Origin: Chlamydiales bacterium
GTDB lineage: Bacteria; Chlamydiota; Chlamydiia; Chlamydiales; JBDQID01
Length of the DNA: 64,000 nucleotides
NCBI GenBank assembly: GCA_047611865.1
Contig: JBLFWS010000001.1
Coordinates: forward strand, 12,408-76,407
Direction of reading: 5' to 3'
Shown here: piece after piece, positions 17,712-26,902 of the stretch
Position numbering within the stretch: the stretch's first letter is position 1
Layout: each line of letters begins with the position of its first letter
Position numbers and translations under genes: made by a program
Notes under the pieces: model-generated
Seen by the model: only the letters and a program-made list of their open reading frames with translations
Told to the model about the DNA's origin: nothing
Database searches by the model: none

Positions 17712-20142
17712 ACAACTCTCCCAAGTCTATTGATGATCTAAAACGGGCAAGAAATTCCGAACAAAGCCTCTTATAAGAAAACCTTTCTTGAACTACAGCT
17801 CTTAGGTTATTTCCTATCTTTTCCCTTAAGTCGGGTCTGGAAAGATAGTATTTGCACTTATCCACAAGTTCTTCAGGAGAAGCAAAAAAATCAAAATGCT
17901 TTCCAGGCTTCAAGTCTTTTGAAATATTGCACCAGGATATCTTTTCAGGAACTCTGTAAACCAAGAAAAATGCTCCACAGATCCCCCCCTCCAATATTCG
18001 AGGGTGGTGTTGGGCAAAGGGGTTTATCGATAAATTAATCTTGTTGTTCAAGAAACGCAATTGATAGCTTTCCCTACTCTCAACATGCCCCAAAGTAAAC
18101 TTTTTGAGAGCAGGGAATTGCTCCCAATTTCTCCCAGTAAGTCCTAATTCAAAACCCTCTGTCTGTAAATGCTCCATATACATCAAGCTCATACATGAGT
18201 GGTAATAGGAGTGAAGAGATTCTTTTTGCTTTCTCGTTTTCCCCCATGACATCACTTCCAATAAGTCTATAGCTCCCTTTTGACGAACCATTAAGGCAAT
18301 TTTTTTCTCCAACTGCTCAGCCAACAGCTTGTCTTCTTCAGTTCTACAGTCGAAGATTTCTTTAAGGCACAGTCTTTCTGGCATCGTTTTGACGTATCCG
18401 ACATCAATCCGAGCTTCAGCCGCATACTCATCCAAGTCGAACGACGACATTTCTGTTGGGATATAGTCACAAATCAGTTGAGAGCTTAAAGCTCCCGCAC
18501 TCAGATAAACTTCTTTAAATCTTGGCAAAATAAAAAAAAGTAAGTCTTTTTTTCTTAGAGGGAAGTGTCTCAAAAATTGTGTGCAATCCAAATGAGGCTG
18601 TGTATCTTGCATAGAATATAAAATTGGGACCTCTGTAGAATTAAGGCCAATATTTTCATAACCCTCTATTATATTTGGACTCCTAACAACAAGGTCTGGA
18701 AGGAATGCTTCCATTTCCAACTCCATAGCATATGTATAATCTATACATCCGCCTTTACACGGATCATGGATAAATACTTCACAGCCTATCTCCCGAAAGC
18801 TCTTTGCACAATGATTCGAAAAGCGCTTTATCGCTATAGAAGAACAGGCTCTTTCAATATAAATTCTTGGAGAAGCTCCTTTCTTTATTTGATTCAAACG
18901 CTCTTTAAATTCTCTACTCAAATAATAACGATTGAAAAATCCTCTAGACTTTTCCACCCTCAAAATATAGCTGCTACATGCCCTACTCAAAAGCTTCTGA
19001 ATTCTTTTTGCAACGGGGTGCCCCTCAATAGAAATTATACTTTCACAATGCTGAAAAGGTGAGCGTATATTTACAAGTTCTTTTCCCAACTGCTCTTCCC
19101 AATCCATGATATGCCAAATCTTAAGAGATCCCTCTTTTAGAAGATGAACATATCTACTGTCAAAGAGGATCTCCCTCACAACTTCTACAGCAGAAAATAT
19201 TATCAAAAGTGTTCTGGGATCTTTTCCAATAGTCCTTTGAAAAAAAAATTCCTCCAAAAAGTCTGACCCAGGAGTAAGATCCACAAAAACCGTTATAGGA
19301 TAACAGCTTTTATCTACAGCTTGATTATAAACCAGTGCTGATCTCTCTAATAGCTCGCTTTGGAAAATCTTTTGACAAACTGTCTCACTAAGGTAGCTAG
19401 TGTTTTTAAGTAAAATCCTCAAACTCTCATATAGTTTTAGAACTGATTGTACTTTGCTATACTTTAATACATTTGGAATCCTTTTCTCAGGAAGCTTTCT
19501 GAAATCCGAATTCATTTTGATAGTAGTCACAGCCACATTGGAAACATGCAAACCCAGAAAACTCACCAAGTCATAAAGTCTTTCAGATATCTCTTCATAT
19601 TCAACCTGGATGTAACACTCATCTCTCTCCTGGAAGCGATGGAAAAAACGATCATTCGCATACAATGCTTTCACGACCTCCCCACATTTCCCAGCAGGCA
19701 TTACAACTTCACCCTGCGTCTGCTGCATTTGGGCATCTCTGATCCCCCGACTGAAGCAAGAAGCTCCTTCTGATAACGTGATTGAATAACCCTGATTTTG
19801 AATGATTGACCTGAGTATCTCTTTATAGGGTCTTTGGATGTGTATTATACGTACATCTTCTTCTACAGATTTATATATCTCTGCAAAATCATCCTCTTCA
19901 TAAGCTTGAGGATCCAAAAGGAGCTTAGCACCCACTACATCTGCGTCTATTCGAGACTTTTCAAAATAACGATATAAACTAGAATCCCCATTCTTTATAT
20001 TTTCACGATAAGCAAATTTAGGAGAATCCGAAAGCCATCGAAGTTCTAATGCACATTCAACACCGGGAACTCTCCCCAGTATTTCCTGTAACCAAGTTGC
20101 TCCACAACGCACATTCGAAACTATGAGAAACTTTGTATCCAA
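17704..20142 (-). CDS. Sulfotransferase-like / CgeB-like glycosyltransferase fusion protein, paralog 4 (812 aa)
   Basis: Same blocks (VSNVRCGATWLQ; IHIQRPYKEILRS; NKINLSINPF; RILEGG; HFDFF). TTG start at 20142 with AGGAG 9 nt upstream. It overlaps paralog 3 by 8 nt. Confidence 0.6.
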   Translation of the reverse strand: MDTKFLIVSNVRCGATWLQEILGRVPGVECALELRWLSDSPKFAYRENIKNGDSSLYRYFEKSRIDADVVGAKLLLDPQAYEEDDFAEIYKSVEEDVRIIHIQRPYKEILRSIIQNQGYSITLSEGASCFSRGIRDAQMQQTQGEVVMPAGKCGEVVKALYANDRFFHRFQERDECYIQVEYEEISERLYDLVSFLGLHVSNVAVTTIKMNSDFRKLPEKRIPNVLKYSKVQSVLKLYESLRILLKNTSYLSETVCQKIFQSELLERSALVYNQAVDKSCYPITVFVDLTPGSDFLEEFFFQRTIGKDPRTLLIIFSAVEVVREILFDSRYVHLLKEGSLKIWHIMDWEEQLGKELVNIRSPFQHCESIISIEGHPVAKRIQKLLSRACSSYILRVEKSRGFFNRYYLSREFKERLNQIKKGASPRIYIERACSSIAIKRFSNHCAKSFREIGCEVFIHDPCKGGCIDYTYAMELEMEAFLPDLVVRSPNIIEGYENIGLNSTEVPILYSMQDTQPHLDCTQFLRHFPLRKKDLLFFILPRFKEVYLSAGALSSQLICDYIPTEMSSFDLDEYAAEARIDVGYVKTMPERLCLKEIFDCRTEEDKLLAEQLEKKIALMVRQKGAIDLLEVMSWGKTRKQKESLHSYYHSCMSLMYMEHLQTEGFELGLTGRNWEQFPALKKFTLGHVESRESYQLRFLNNKINLSINPFAQHHPRILEGGICGAFFLVYRVPEKISWCNISKDLKPGKHFDFFASPEELVDKCKYYLSRPDLREKIGNNLRAVVQERFSYKRLCSEFLARFRSSIDLGELCE

Positions 20143-20243
20143 TTGCGATATCTCCTATATCGTAGACTATCGCTCGGATGATGACAGATCCCCTTCTACA
20201 GGGTCAATTTATTTTTTCAAGAAACCTGGAGATAGAATTTAAA

Positions 20244-21308
20244 TTAACACATTTTGAGCATACATCTACCTGTAACTTCACCGGCTTTCATTTGACGAAT
20301 AGCAAGATTGATATCGTTGAAATCAAAATGGTGAGTAATTAAGCCATCCAGTTGTAATTTCCCGGCATTAACAAGATTTATATAACGAGGTATGTCTTTT
20401 TCTGGTTTTGCCTCTCCACCATGTGATCCAGAGAGTATTTTCCCAAAATGTACTGGAAGTGTGTAAAGAGAAGCTTTCTGACCATGCTTTGGTACTCCCA
20501 CAAGAATTGTACGACCTTGAGGTTTTGTCAACTCATATGCCATTTCAATCAAGTCCACATTACCTGTATTTTCTACTATAACATCCGCCCCATCAGAACC
20601 GAGGATATTCATTATTTCCTTTTTGACATCGGTATTTTTGGCGTTCAATGTGTGTGTAGCTCCAAAACTTCTAGCTAATTCAAGTTTCTTATCATACAGA
20701 TCCACCGCAATAATTGGATGAGCTGAAACCATAGAGGCCCCTTGAATAACATTAAGACCGACACCTCCAGCCCCTAATGCAACAATGGATTCTCCGATTT
20801 TAACTTGCGCATCATTCGTAATAACTCCCAAGCCTGTTAACACTGCACAACCCAACAGAGCTGCATGTTGAGAGTCAAAATCCTTAGGTATAGAAGTAAG
20901 TCGATTTTCAGATATTACAGCGTACTCATTAAAAGAAGTGATGGCACCAGCATTTAAACATCTCCCCTTCCATTTATACTTAGGCATCTGCGCATCAATC
21001 CCACTGCCTTTCTTCCAGTGTAAGACTACATGATCTCCCTTCATAACGGTTTGAACTCCAGGACCAATTTCAAGTACCTCTCCAGAACCTTCGTGCCCAA
21101 GAAGGTGAGGTAAGTATTTATCTTCTCCTTTTGCTCCGTCTATTTCCCCAATCTGCGATCCACAAATACTGCTATAAAGAACTTTGACCAATACTTGCCC
21201 ATAAGTTAATGTCGAAGGTAACTGAATAGTATCAACTACAAGATCCTGATGTAATTCTGCCAAAATAGCAGCTTTCATCTCTTTGATGATAATTTGCTTA
21301 TTTGACAT
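20244..21308 (-). CDS. Zn-dependent alcohol dehydrogenase (MDR family)
   Basis: GHEGSGEV catalytic-zinc motif and the GAGGVGLNVIQGA Rossmann loop. Confidence 0.8.
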   Translation of the reverse strand: MSNKQIIIKEMKAAILAELHQDLVVDTIQLPSTLTYGQVLVKVLYSSICGSQIGEIDGAKGEDKYLPHLLGHEGSGEVLEIGPGVQTVMKGDHVVLHWKKGSGIDAQMPKYKWKGRCLNAGAITSFNEYAVISENRLTSIPKDFDSQHAALLGCAVLTGLGVITNDAQVKIGESIVALGAGGVGLNVIQGASMVSAHPIIAVDLYDKKLELARSFGATHTLNAKNTDVKKEIMNILGSDGADVIVENTGNVDLIEMAYELTKPQGRTILVGVPKHGQKASLYTLPVHFGKILSGSHGGEAKPEKDIPRYINLVNAGKLQLDGLITHHFDFNDINLAIRQMKAGEVTGRCMLKMC

Positions 21309-22368
21309 AACTGTCCTTACCTAGAATATTCAGATCGCTCTGAATGGCGTTAAAAAGAAGCCGGGACTTTGCTAACTGCTCCCTTTTCCGAACCTTATCA
21401 GCCACTTTCCCTTGTGCAAAACGACGGCGGGATTCTCCTTCTGGGAGAAAATCATTTAGTACAATAGTGCACCACTTAAGCCTGTAAACAGGAAGTAAAA
21501 GCCTGGCTCTTTGAAGAAGCTTTTCTTTTGTATCAGGAAAGCAGTCTGCTATTGCAGTAGAGAACTTTTTATAATACTTTTCCGACACTGGAACACTTAC
21601 TTGACAGAAAAAATCACAAATCGTCTTTGCTGGGTCATCCCATCCCGCATATTCAAAATCAAAAAACTTTATCTCGTCATCTGCGGTTAAAAGAGCATTA
21701 TGAAATCCAAAGTCCGAAGGCGAAAGGCACCATTCTGAAGTCTCCAATTTCCGGTCTAAGTCTATTTCACAAACCCCCGCAGCTTTTTGTACCCTTTGCT
21801 TAATGACCTCCCATAAATTAGGAATCTCCTTTCGCAAGTGAATAGATACCTCTGATTTCGAGTCACGCTCGTCCACACTTTGTAACCTTTCCACACGCTT
21901 ATCTACACAATGAAAATGCTCATTCATAGTAAAACATGCCTCTGCTGCCCTAGAGAGATGTTGCCCATTTTGAAAAACTCCACCAAAGTTGAGATCTTTA
22001 AAAAACTTTATGGCTTCATCAATTGCATAATCATTTACTTGTTCTTCCTTAAAAGGACGACCATCCACAAACTCGTATATACAAATATCTCGCTTAGTAT
22101 CTTGATCGATCGGTCGAGGAATACTCCGTATTCCTCGATCCCAAGCAAATTGAGCAAAAGAAAACTCTGAGAATTGCCGGTTTCGAGAATCACTCGCATG
22201 TTTATAGAAGCGTTTGATAATTACATTATCTTCCTTACCCTCTACTTTAAACAGCTTGTTATTTTTCCCTCCATCGATACCAATCAATCGATATTCATCC
22301 GATTGTGACCAACCTGCTCTCACAAGAAGGTCATCTACATCTTTCTGAAATGAGTTATGCTTTTTCAT
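21298..22368 (-). CDS. APH/choline-kinase-fold phosphotransferase
   Basis: SDFGFHN (DxxxxN catalytic loop) followed by FFDFEYAGWDDPAKTICDF. I prefer the ATG at 22368, which forms an ATGA overlap with the upstream HAD gene stop, over the track start at 22410. Confidence 0.65.
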   Translation of the reverse strand: MKKHNSFQKDVDDLLVRAGWSQSDEYRLIGIDGGKNNKLFKVEGKEDNVIIKRFYKHASDSRNRQFSEFSFAQFAWDRGIRSIPRPIDQDTKRDICIYEFVDGRPFKEEQVNDYAIDEAIKFFKDLNFGGVFQNGQHLSRAAEACFTMNEHFHCVDKRVERLQSVDERDSKSEVSIHLRKEIPNLWEVIKQRVQKAAGVCEIDLDRKLETSEWCLSPSDFGFHNALLTADDEIKFFDFEYAGWDDPAKTICDFFCQVSVPVSEKYYKKFSTAIADCFPDTKEKLLQRARLLLPVYRLKWCTIVLNDFLPEGESRRRFAQGKVADKVRKREQLAKSRLLFNAIQSDLNILGKDSYVK

Positions 22369-22982
22369 GTTTTTAATAGCCGAAAGAGGCTCTCCTGAAT
22401 GTCTTGCCACGACGATAGTCGCTGGAACCTTTCGTCAGTAACCCTGGGATCTCCTGGGACAAAATTAATACGTTCCACGCCCTCTGGAAAACTCGGGTCA
22501 CCTAAAAACTCGGGAAGATCGTCTATAAAATGAGTGCATTGTAAAGTCTTAATACGCTCTATTTTTTTTTCTTTCGTAAGTTCAAAATATACTTTATTTT
22601 GGGTAAGGCCAATACCTTTTGGATCATAAAATCCTTGTACTCCTAACCATTCTTCCGCTGCCTGATGAAGGTCATATTGTTTACCTAGATAAGGACGCTG
22701 GGTCCTGTGACTGACAATATATACCTCTATATCTCTGTTGTGGCATTCTCGGAAAAAATTTACAACCCCAGGAAAAGGCTTAGCTTCAACCATCCTTTTA
22801 CCATAAATATATCCTTGCATCTCTGTCCAAGTATCTTCTTTATTTCTTTCTCTTAAGAAATCTCGGACCTCTGATTTACAAGCTGGAAATGATGGTGGAA
22901 TTAGGTTTTGCTCCAATGCCACTGTGTGAAAAAGTTGATCGTAGCAGACAATCGTATTGTCGAAGTCGACACCAATTAACAT
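22365..22982 (-). CDS. HAD-superfamily hydrolase (phosphatase-like)
   Basis: N-terminal motif I IGVDFDNTI (DxDxT) and the size of a small capless HAD phosphatase. Confidence 0.6.
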   Translation of the reverse strand: MLIGVDFDNTIVCYDQLFHTVALEQNLIPPSFPACKSEVRDFLRERNKEDTWTEMQGYIYGKRMVEAKPFPGVVNFFRECHNRDIEVYIVSHRTQRPYLGKQYDLHQAAEEWLGVQGFYDPKGIGLTQNKVYFELTKEKKIERIKTLQCTHFIDDLPEFLGDPSFPEGVERINFVPGDPRVTDERFQRLSSWQDIQESLFRLLKT

Positions 22983-23926
22983 GGTATGTGTTTCCTTGCG
23001 TTATCAATCTGATACAGGTTAAGTATTTTCTGTAAAATATCTTCAACAGAAAGAGAAAAGTACTTCCTGGCATAATTTTGTCCTCCCGCATGGTGACAAA
23101 ATTCATCCCTTGTTCCCAGCCGGAGTAACCTCGCTTTTCTTACTGGTTGATCTACAAGCCATTCCGCTACTGCAGAACCAAAGCCTCCGATGAGACTATG
23201 TTCTTCTAGAGTCACAACCAGAGGGTATTGTTCAAAAACTTCCGTTAGAATCTCAATGTCAAGCGGCTTTACAGTGTGGCAACTTAAGACCCTCGTAGAA
23301 ATCCCTCCCGCAGCCAGCCTATCTCCTACTTCGGCTGCTAAAGGTAAAATATTTCCTGTTGCTAGAAGACAGACGTCATCCCCCTCACGAATACTTATCG
23401 CCTTTCCTAAAGTAAACTCTACATTCTGCTTATGAATAAGAGGCTCCCCTTTTTTCCCCAAGCGAATGTACACCGGCCCCTTTAACTTCAAAGCTTCTCT
23501 AAGAGAATGACGAACCTCTATTGCATCCCCAGGACAAATCACTGTCATATTTGGCAAAGCCCGCATTAGAGCAATATCTTCACAGGAATGATGTGTGGCT
23601 CCAAGCCCTGCATAAGACAATCCAGCTCCAACTCCAACAATGACTGCTGGCAAGTTATGATAACACAGATCTACACGAATCTGCTCAAGACAGCGAGTCG
23701 TAGCAAATGGCGTTATCGTATAGGTTATGGGGTGTAAGCCAGAAAGAGCCATTCCTGCAGCGACACCTGTCATATTAGCTTCCGCAACTCCACAGTTGTA
23801 GAAGCGATTGGGGAATTTTTTTTTGTAGTCATCAAAAAGTCTGTTACCAATATCTCCAGACAATAAAACGACCTTATCATTTTCTGAAGCAATTGCAGTA
23901 AGCTCTGAGGCAAATGAATTTCTCAT
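22976..23926 (-). CDS. Transketolase, C-terminal (pyrimidine-binding) subunit
   Basis: Typical split-transketolase B-subunit sequence (GVAEANMTGVAAGMA..., EDIALMRALPNM...). Confidence 0.85.
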   Translation of the reverse strand: MRNSFASELTAIASENDKVVLLSGDIGNRLFDDYKKKFPNRFYNCGVAEANMTGVAAGMALSGLHPITYTITPFATTRCLEQIRVDLCYHNLPAVIVGVGAGLSYAGLGATHHSCEDIALMRALPNMTVICPGDAIEVRHSLREALKLKGPVYIRLGKKGEPLIHKQNVEFTLGKAISIREGDDVCLLATGNILPLAAEVGDRLAAGGISTRVLSCHTVKPLDIEILTEVFEQYPLVVTLEEHSLIGGFGSAVAEWLVDQPVRKARLLRLGTRDEFCHHAGGQNYARKYFSLSVEDILQKILNLYQIDNARKHIPC

Positions 23927-23928
23927 AT

Positions 23929-24771
23929 TTACACCAATCCCAGCTCTTTACGAGCAGCAATAATTTCATCCTCATTCGGAATACGATAGTGCCAATTATT
24001 ATCGTCCTCCATAAAAGATACCCCTTTGCCTTTGATCGTGTGAGCTATTATAGCTGTCGGCTTCCCTTTCTCTATCGCATGAGGGTTTACAGCCTTAAGG
24101 ATCTCTTCTATGCTATGCCCATCAACTTCCCTGGTACTCCAGCCAAATGCTTCCCATTTGTCCTTTAGAGGGTCCAATGCTAAAGTAGCATTACTACGAC
24201 CCGTTGCTTGCCATTTATTGTAGTCGACGATTGCAGTAATATTATCAAGATTATGTGCAGGAGCCATCATTGCAGCCTCCCAACTAGAGCCTTCGTTGCA
24301 CTCACCATCGCTCATCACAACAAATACTTTAGTTTTTCTATTAAGAATTTTTGCAGCCATCGCTTTGCCGACACCAATAGACAATCCATGACCTAAGGAA
24401 CCTGTTGCGGCCTCTATTCCTGGAACACAATAAGGCCCAGGATGCTCTGCAAGGGAACTTCCTGGTTTATTATACGTTGCGAGTATTTCTTCTGAAAAAA
24501 AGCCCCTTTCGCAAAGTGTCACGTATAATGCCAACGCTGCATGACCTTTGCTAAGGATGAGTCTGTCACGTTCAGGGGAATTTGGCTTCTTGGGGTCAAT
24601 CTGAAGAACCCTCCAATACAAAGCTACAAGGATATCAATACATGATAACGAAGAACCCAGGTGGGGTGTTTTTGCCAAATGAGACATCTCAATCGTCTTA
24701 TACCTTACCTGTCTACAGATCTGATCAAGTTCCTTAATTCTTTCCTCTTTCATTGGTACCAAGCCCCACAT
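23929..24771 (-). CDS. Transketolase, N-terminal (TPP-binding) subunit
   Basis: HLGSSLS, GSLGHGLSIGVG and the MSDGECNEGSSWEA TPP motif. An alternative start is Met7 at 24753. Confidence 0.85.
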   Translation of the reverse strand: MWGLVPMKEERIKELDQICRQVRYKTIEMSHLAKTPHLGSSLSCIDILVALYWRVLQIDPKKPNSPERDRLILSKGHAALALYVTLCERGFFSEEILATYNKPGSSLAEHPGPYCVPGIEAATGSLGHGLSIGVGKAMAAKILNRKTKVFVVMSDGECNEGSSWEAAMMAPAHNLDNITAIVDYNKWQATGRSNATLALDPLKDKWEAFGWSTREVDGHSIEEILKAVNPHAIEKGKPTAIIAHTIKGKGVSFMEDDNNWHYRIPNEDEIIAARKELGLV

Positions 24772-24786
24772 TTTCCCACATAGAAG

Positions 24787-24953
24787 TAGGTCGTGTATTA
24801 AAATTACGAAACACTGCTTTTGGAGCCTTTATCCACACTTTTGAATCGCACCCAACTCACCTACTTGTCTAAGTATGGAGAGTTGTGAGCGATCCAAAAT
24901 TATAAAAAAATGCCCTCAAAATCAGACATTCCCTAATTTTAATACACGACCTA
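24787..24953. mobile_element. Palindromic MITE-like element, family B (about 167 bp)
   Basis: 20-bp perfect TIRs TAGGTCGTGTATTAAAATTA / TAATTTTAATACACGACCTA. An internal second inverted repeat is TTTTGAATCGCACCCAACTC / GAGTTGTGAGCGATCCAAAA. Single copy in the window, and no clear TSD. Confidence 0.5.
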
Positions 24954-25020
24954 GACCTTACATGCTATTGTCTAAATAGTTTTTTTTCAAGTCGGGGCTC
25001 TAGTTTTAAAATATCTAGAA

Positions 25021-25752
25021 TCACTCTGCGATAAACCATCCGTAGTCTCCGGTATAACCCACTACTCCAAAAAGCTTTTCCCAATCATCAACATGTAATG
25101 CTGTTTCGGCTGTTAGCACCCACTTTCTCAGGTTTTCTTTCTCTTGATCATTTCTCCAAGCATCAACTGTAATATAACTTTTTCCACGTGAAACGCGTTG
25201 AATTTCCTTCAAAGCATCCTTCAAAGGCTCAAGGTGCAGGTTATGAATTGTGGTCAAAGAAAGTACTAAATCAAAGCTATTATCCGCATACGGTAGTTTT
25301 TCTGCGCTGCACACTTCTAAGTGAGGCTTGACAGTTTCCATTGAACAATCAATGGCATATCGACTTACATCTATTCCTCTTACCGTACTTTTAGGCATAC
25401 ATTGTTTGAAGTCATGAAGAAGAAATCCTTTTGCACAACCGATATCGAGTATAGCCGCATCCTCGCTCAAGCCGTAATGCTCCTTCATCCGTTCAACCAC
25501 CTGCACCCATCTGCCGTCGTAATGATAGCCTCCATAGCCATACAGACGGTCCCCATCAAAGAATTCTTTTCCGTATTGTTTTGCAACTTTGATGACCTCA
25601 TCCGTTTTTTCTCTTGCTCTTTTGTCATAGTCACGTTTTACAGCTGCTTGTTTATCAGCAAAATTTAATTCAGCCATCATCTCCTCATAATTTAATTTAG
25701 TATAGTCAACTATAAAAGCAGGTAAGATCGAACAAAGCTTCGATTTCTCCAC
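25021..25752 (-). CDS. Class I SAM-dependent methyltransferase
   Basis: ILDIGCAKGFLL (motif I), FDLVLSLTTIHNL (motif II/III). GTG start at 25752. Confidence 0.8.
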   Translation of the reverse strand: MEKSKLCSILPAFIVDYTKLNYEEMMAELNFADKQAAVKRDYDKRAREKTDEVIKVAKQYGKEFFDGDRLYGYGGYHYDGRWVQVVERMKEHYGLSEDAAILDIGCAKGFLLHDFKQCMPKSTVRGIDVSRYAIDCSMETVKPHLEVCSAEKLPYADNSFDLVLSLTTIHNLHLEPLKDALKEIQRVSRGKSYITVDAWRNDQEKENLRKWVLTAETALHVDDWEKLFGVVGYTGDYGWFIAE

Positions 25753-25767
25753 TGAAAGACCAGAATC

Positions 25768-25977
25768 GGCGTTGTTGCATAACTTAATACGTTTACAATC
25801 ATTTATTTAACCACCGAGAGCACAGAGAGATAGAAAAATGCATAAAGTCTCTCAGAATATGCTATCAACTCATCTGTGATTTTTTATTCTCTCTGTGCCC
25901 TCTGTGCCCTCTGTGGTATCGGTGGTAAAATGTTAATCATAAGCCTCTTGTATACGAATGTTTTATGCAACAACACC
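25768..25977. mobile_element. MITE-like element, family A, copy 3 (210 bp)
   Basis: TIRs GGCGTTGTTGCATAA (25768-25782) and TTATGCAACAACACC (25963-25977). Flanking 9-mers are ACCAGAATC and ACTAGAATC (8/9). It is the reverse-oriented near-copy of 1947-2156 and lies between two genes of the glycan operon. Confidence 0.8.
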
Positions 25978-25984
25978 ACTAGAA

Positions 25985-26902
25985 TCAATAAACTTTTTTA
26001 TCTAATAGCGAAGAGCAGAATTCTATTAGCATGCGCTCAATGCCTGGAGTCGATTTTTCCCCTAGGGCTCCAAGCATTTTTATGTTGCACAAGTTCAGCT
26101 TCTTTTCCCTTGGAATAGGCTGGCTATCAATACTCCCCTTTTTAACAAGTGAGCTATCATAGCCAAAAATTTCCGCTACTTTCAAAGCAAATTGATACTT
26201 CGTGAGAATCTCGGATCCTACAACGTGATAGATTCCACCTGCATTCTTTTCTATAAGAGCCAAAACAATCCTTACGAGTTCTTTTACGTATAGAGGAGCA
26301 AATACAACATCGGCAAATGCCGAATATTCCCTTCCCTGCTGTAAACTCTCAGCAATATTTTCAGCAAAACTCTTTTTCTGACTAAACAGATATTTACCAA
26401 ATGTATTAAAGCGTACAATCAAAGCGTCAGGGAGCATTCCGCTACAGCATTGCTCCCCTTTTAATTTTGTTCTTCCATACTGATTCAATGGAAAAGGCTC
26501 TTCTTTTTCAAGATAGTCTCCTCTTTTCCCATCAAATACGGCATCTGTTGAAAGATAGACCATTTTAGCCTGACACTCTTTTGCCAAATCTACTAAATTA
26601 CGAGTTCCCTGAACATTCACTTTGTATGAAAGCTCTGGTTTGCTTTCACAAAAAGCAATGTTCGCAATCGCAGCACAGTGAATAATTAGTTTTGGCTCAA
26701 GAGTACTTAAGCTAAGTATCGCCTCTCGATCTGTAATATCAACTTGCTTTACAATACAGTTTTGAAAACGACAAGGATGTGAATTATATAGTCCATAAAG
26801 ACCCGTTCTTCCTTGATTTTCCAAGGCATGAACAAGATGAGCGCCAACCAATCCACTTGCACCCGTTACAATAATATTTCCCTGAAAACTATCTCTTTCC
26901 AC
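25985..26902 (-). CDS. RmlD-like NDP-4-keto-6-deoxy-sugar reductase (SDR)
   Basis: VTGASGLVGAHLV Rossmann loop and YGRTKLKGE (the RmlD-type YxxxK block). Confidence 0.7.
   Translation of the reverse strand: MERDSFQGNIIVTGASGLVGAHLVHALENQGRTGLYGLYNSHPCRFQNCIVKQVDITDREAILSLSTLEPKLIIHCAAIANIAFCESKPELSYKVNVQGTRNLVDLAKECQAKMVYLSTDAVFDGKRGDYLEKEEPFPLNQYGRTKLKGEQCCSGMLPDALIVRFNTFGKYLFSQKKSFAENIAESLQQGREYSAFADVVFAPLYVKELVRIVLALIEKNAGGIYHVVGSEILTKYQFALKVAEIFGYDSSLVKKGSIDSQPIPREKKLNLCNIKMLGALGEKSTPGIERMLIEFCSSLLDKKVY

Noticed and set aside
25891-25916. Tandem 9-mer CTCTGTGCC x2.9, considered as a CRISPR-like or microsatellite array.
   Set aside because: It is part of the internal hairpin of MITE copy 3 and mirrors CACAGAG repeats in the other arm. 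There are no spacers and no cas genes. No CRISPR array exists in the window.
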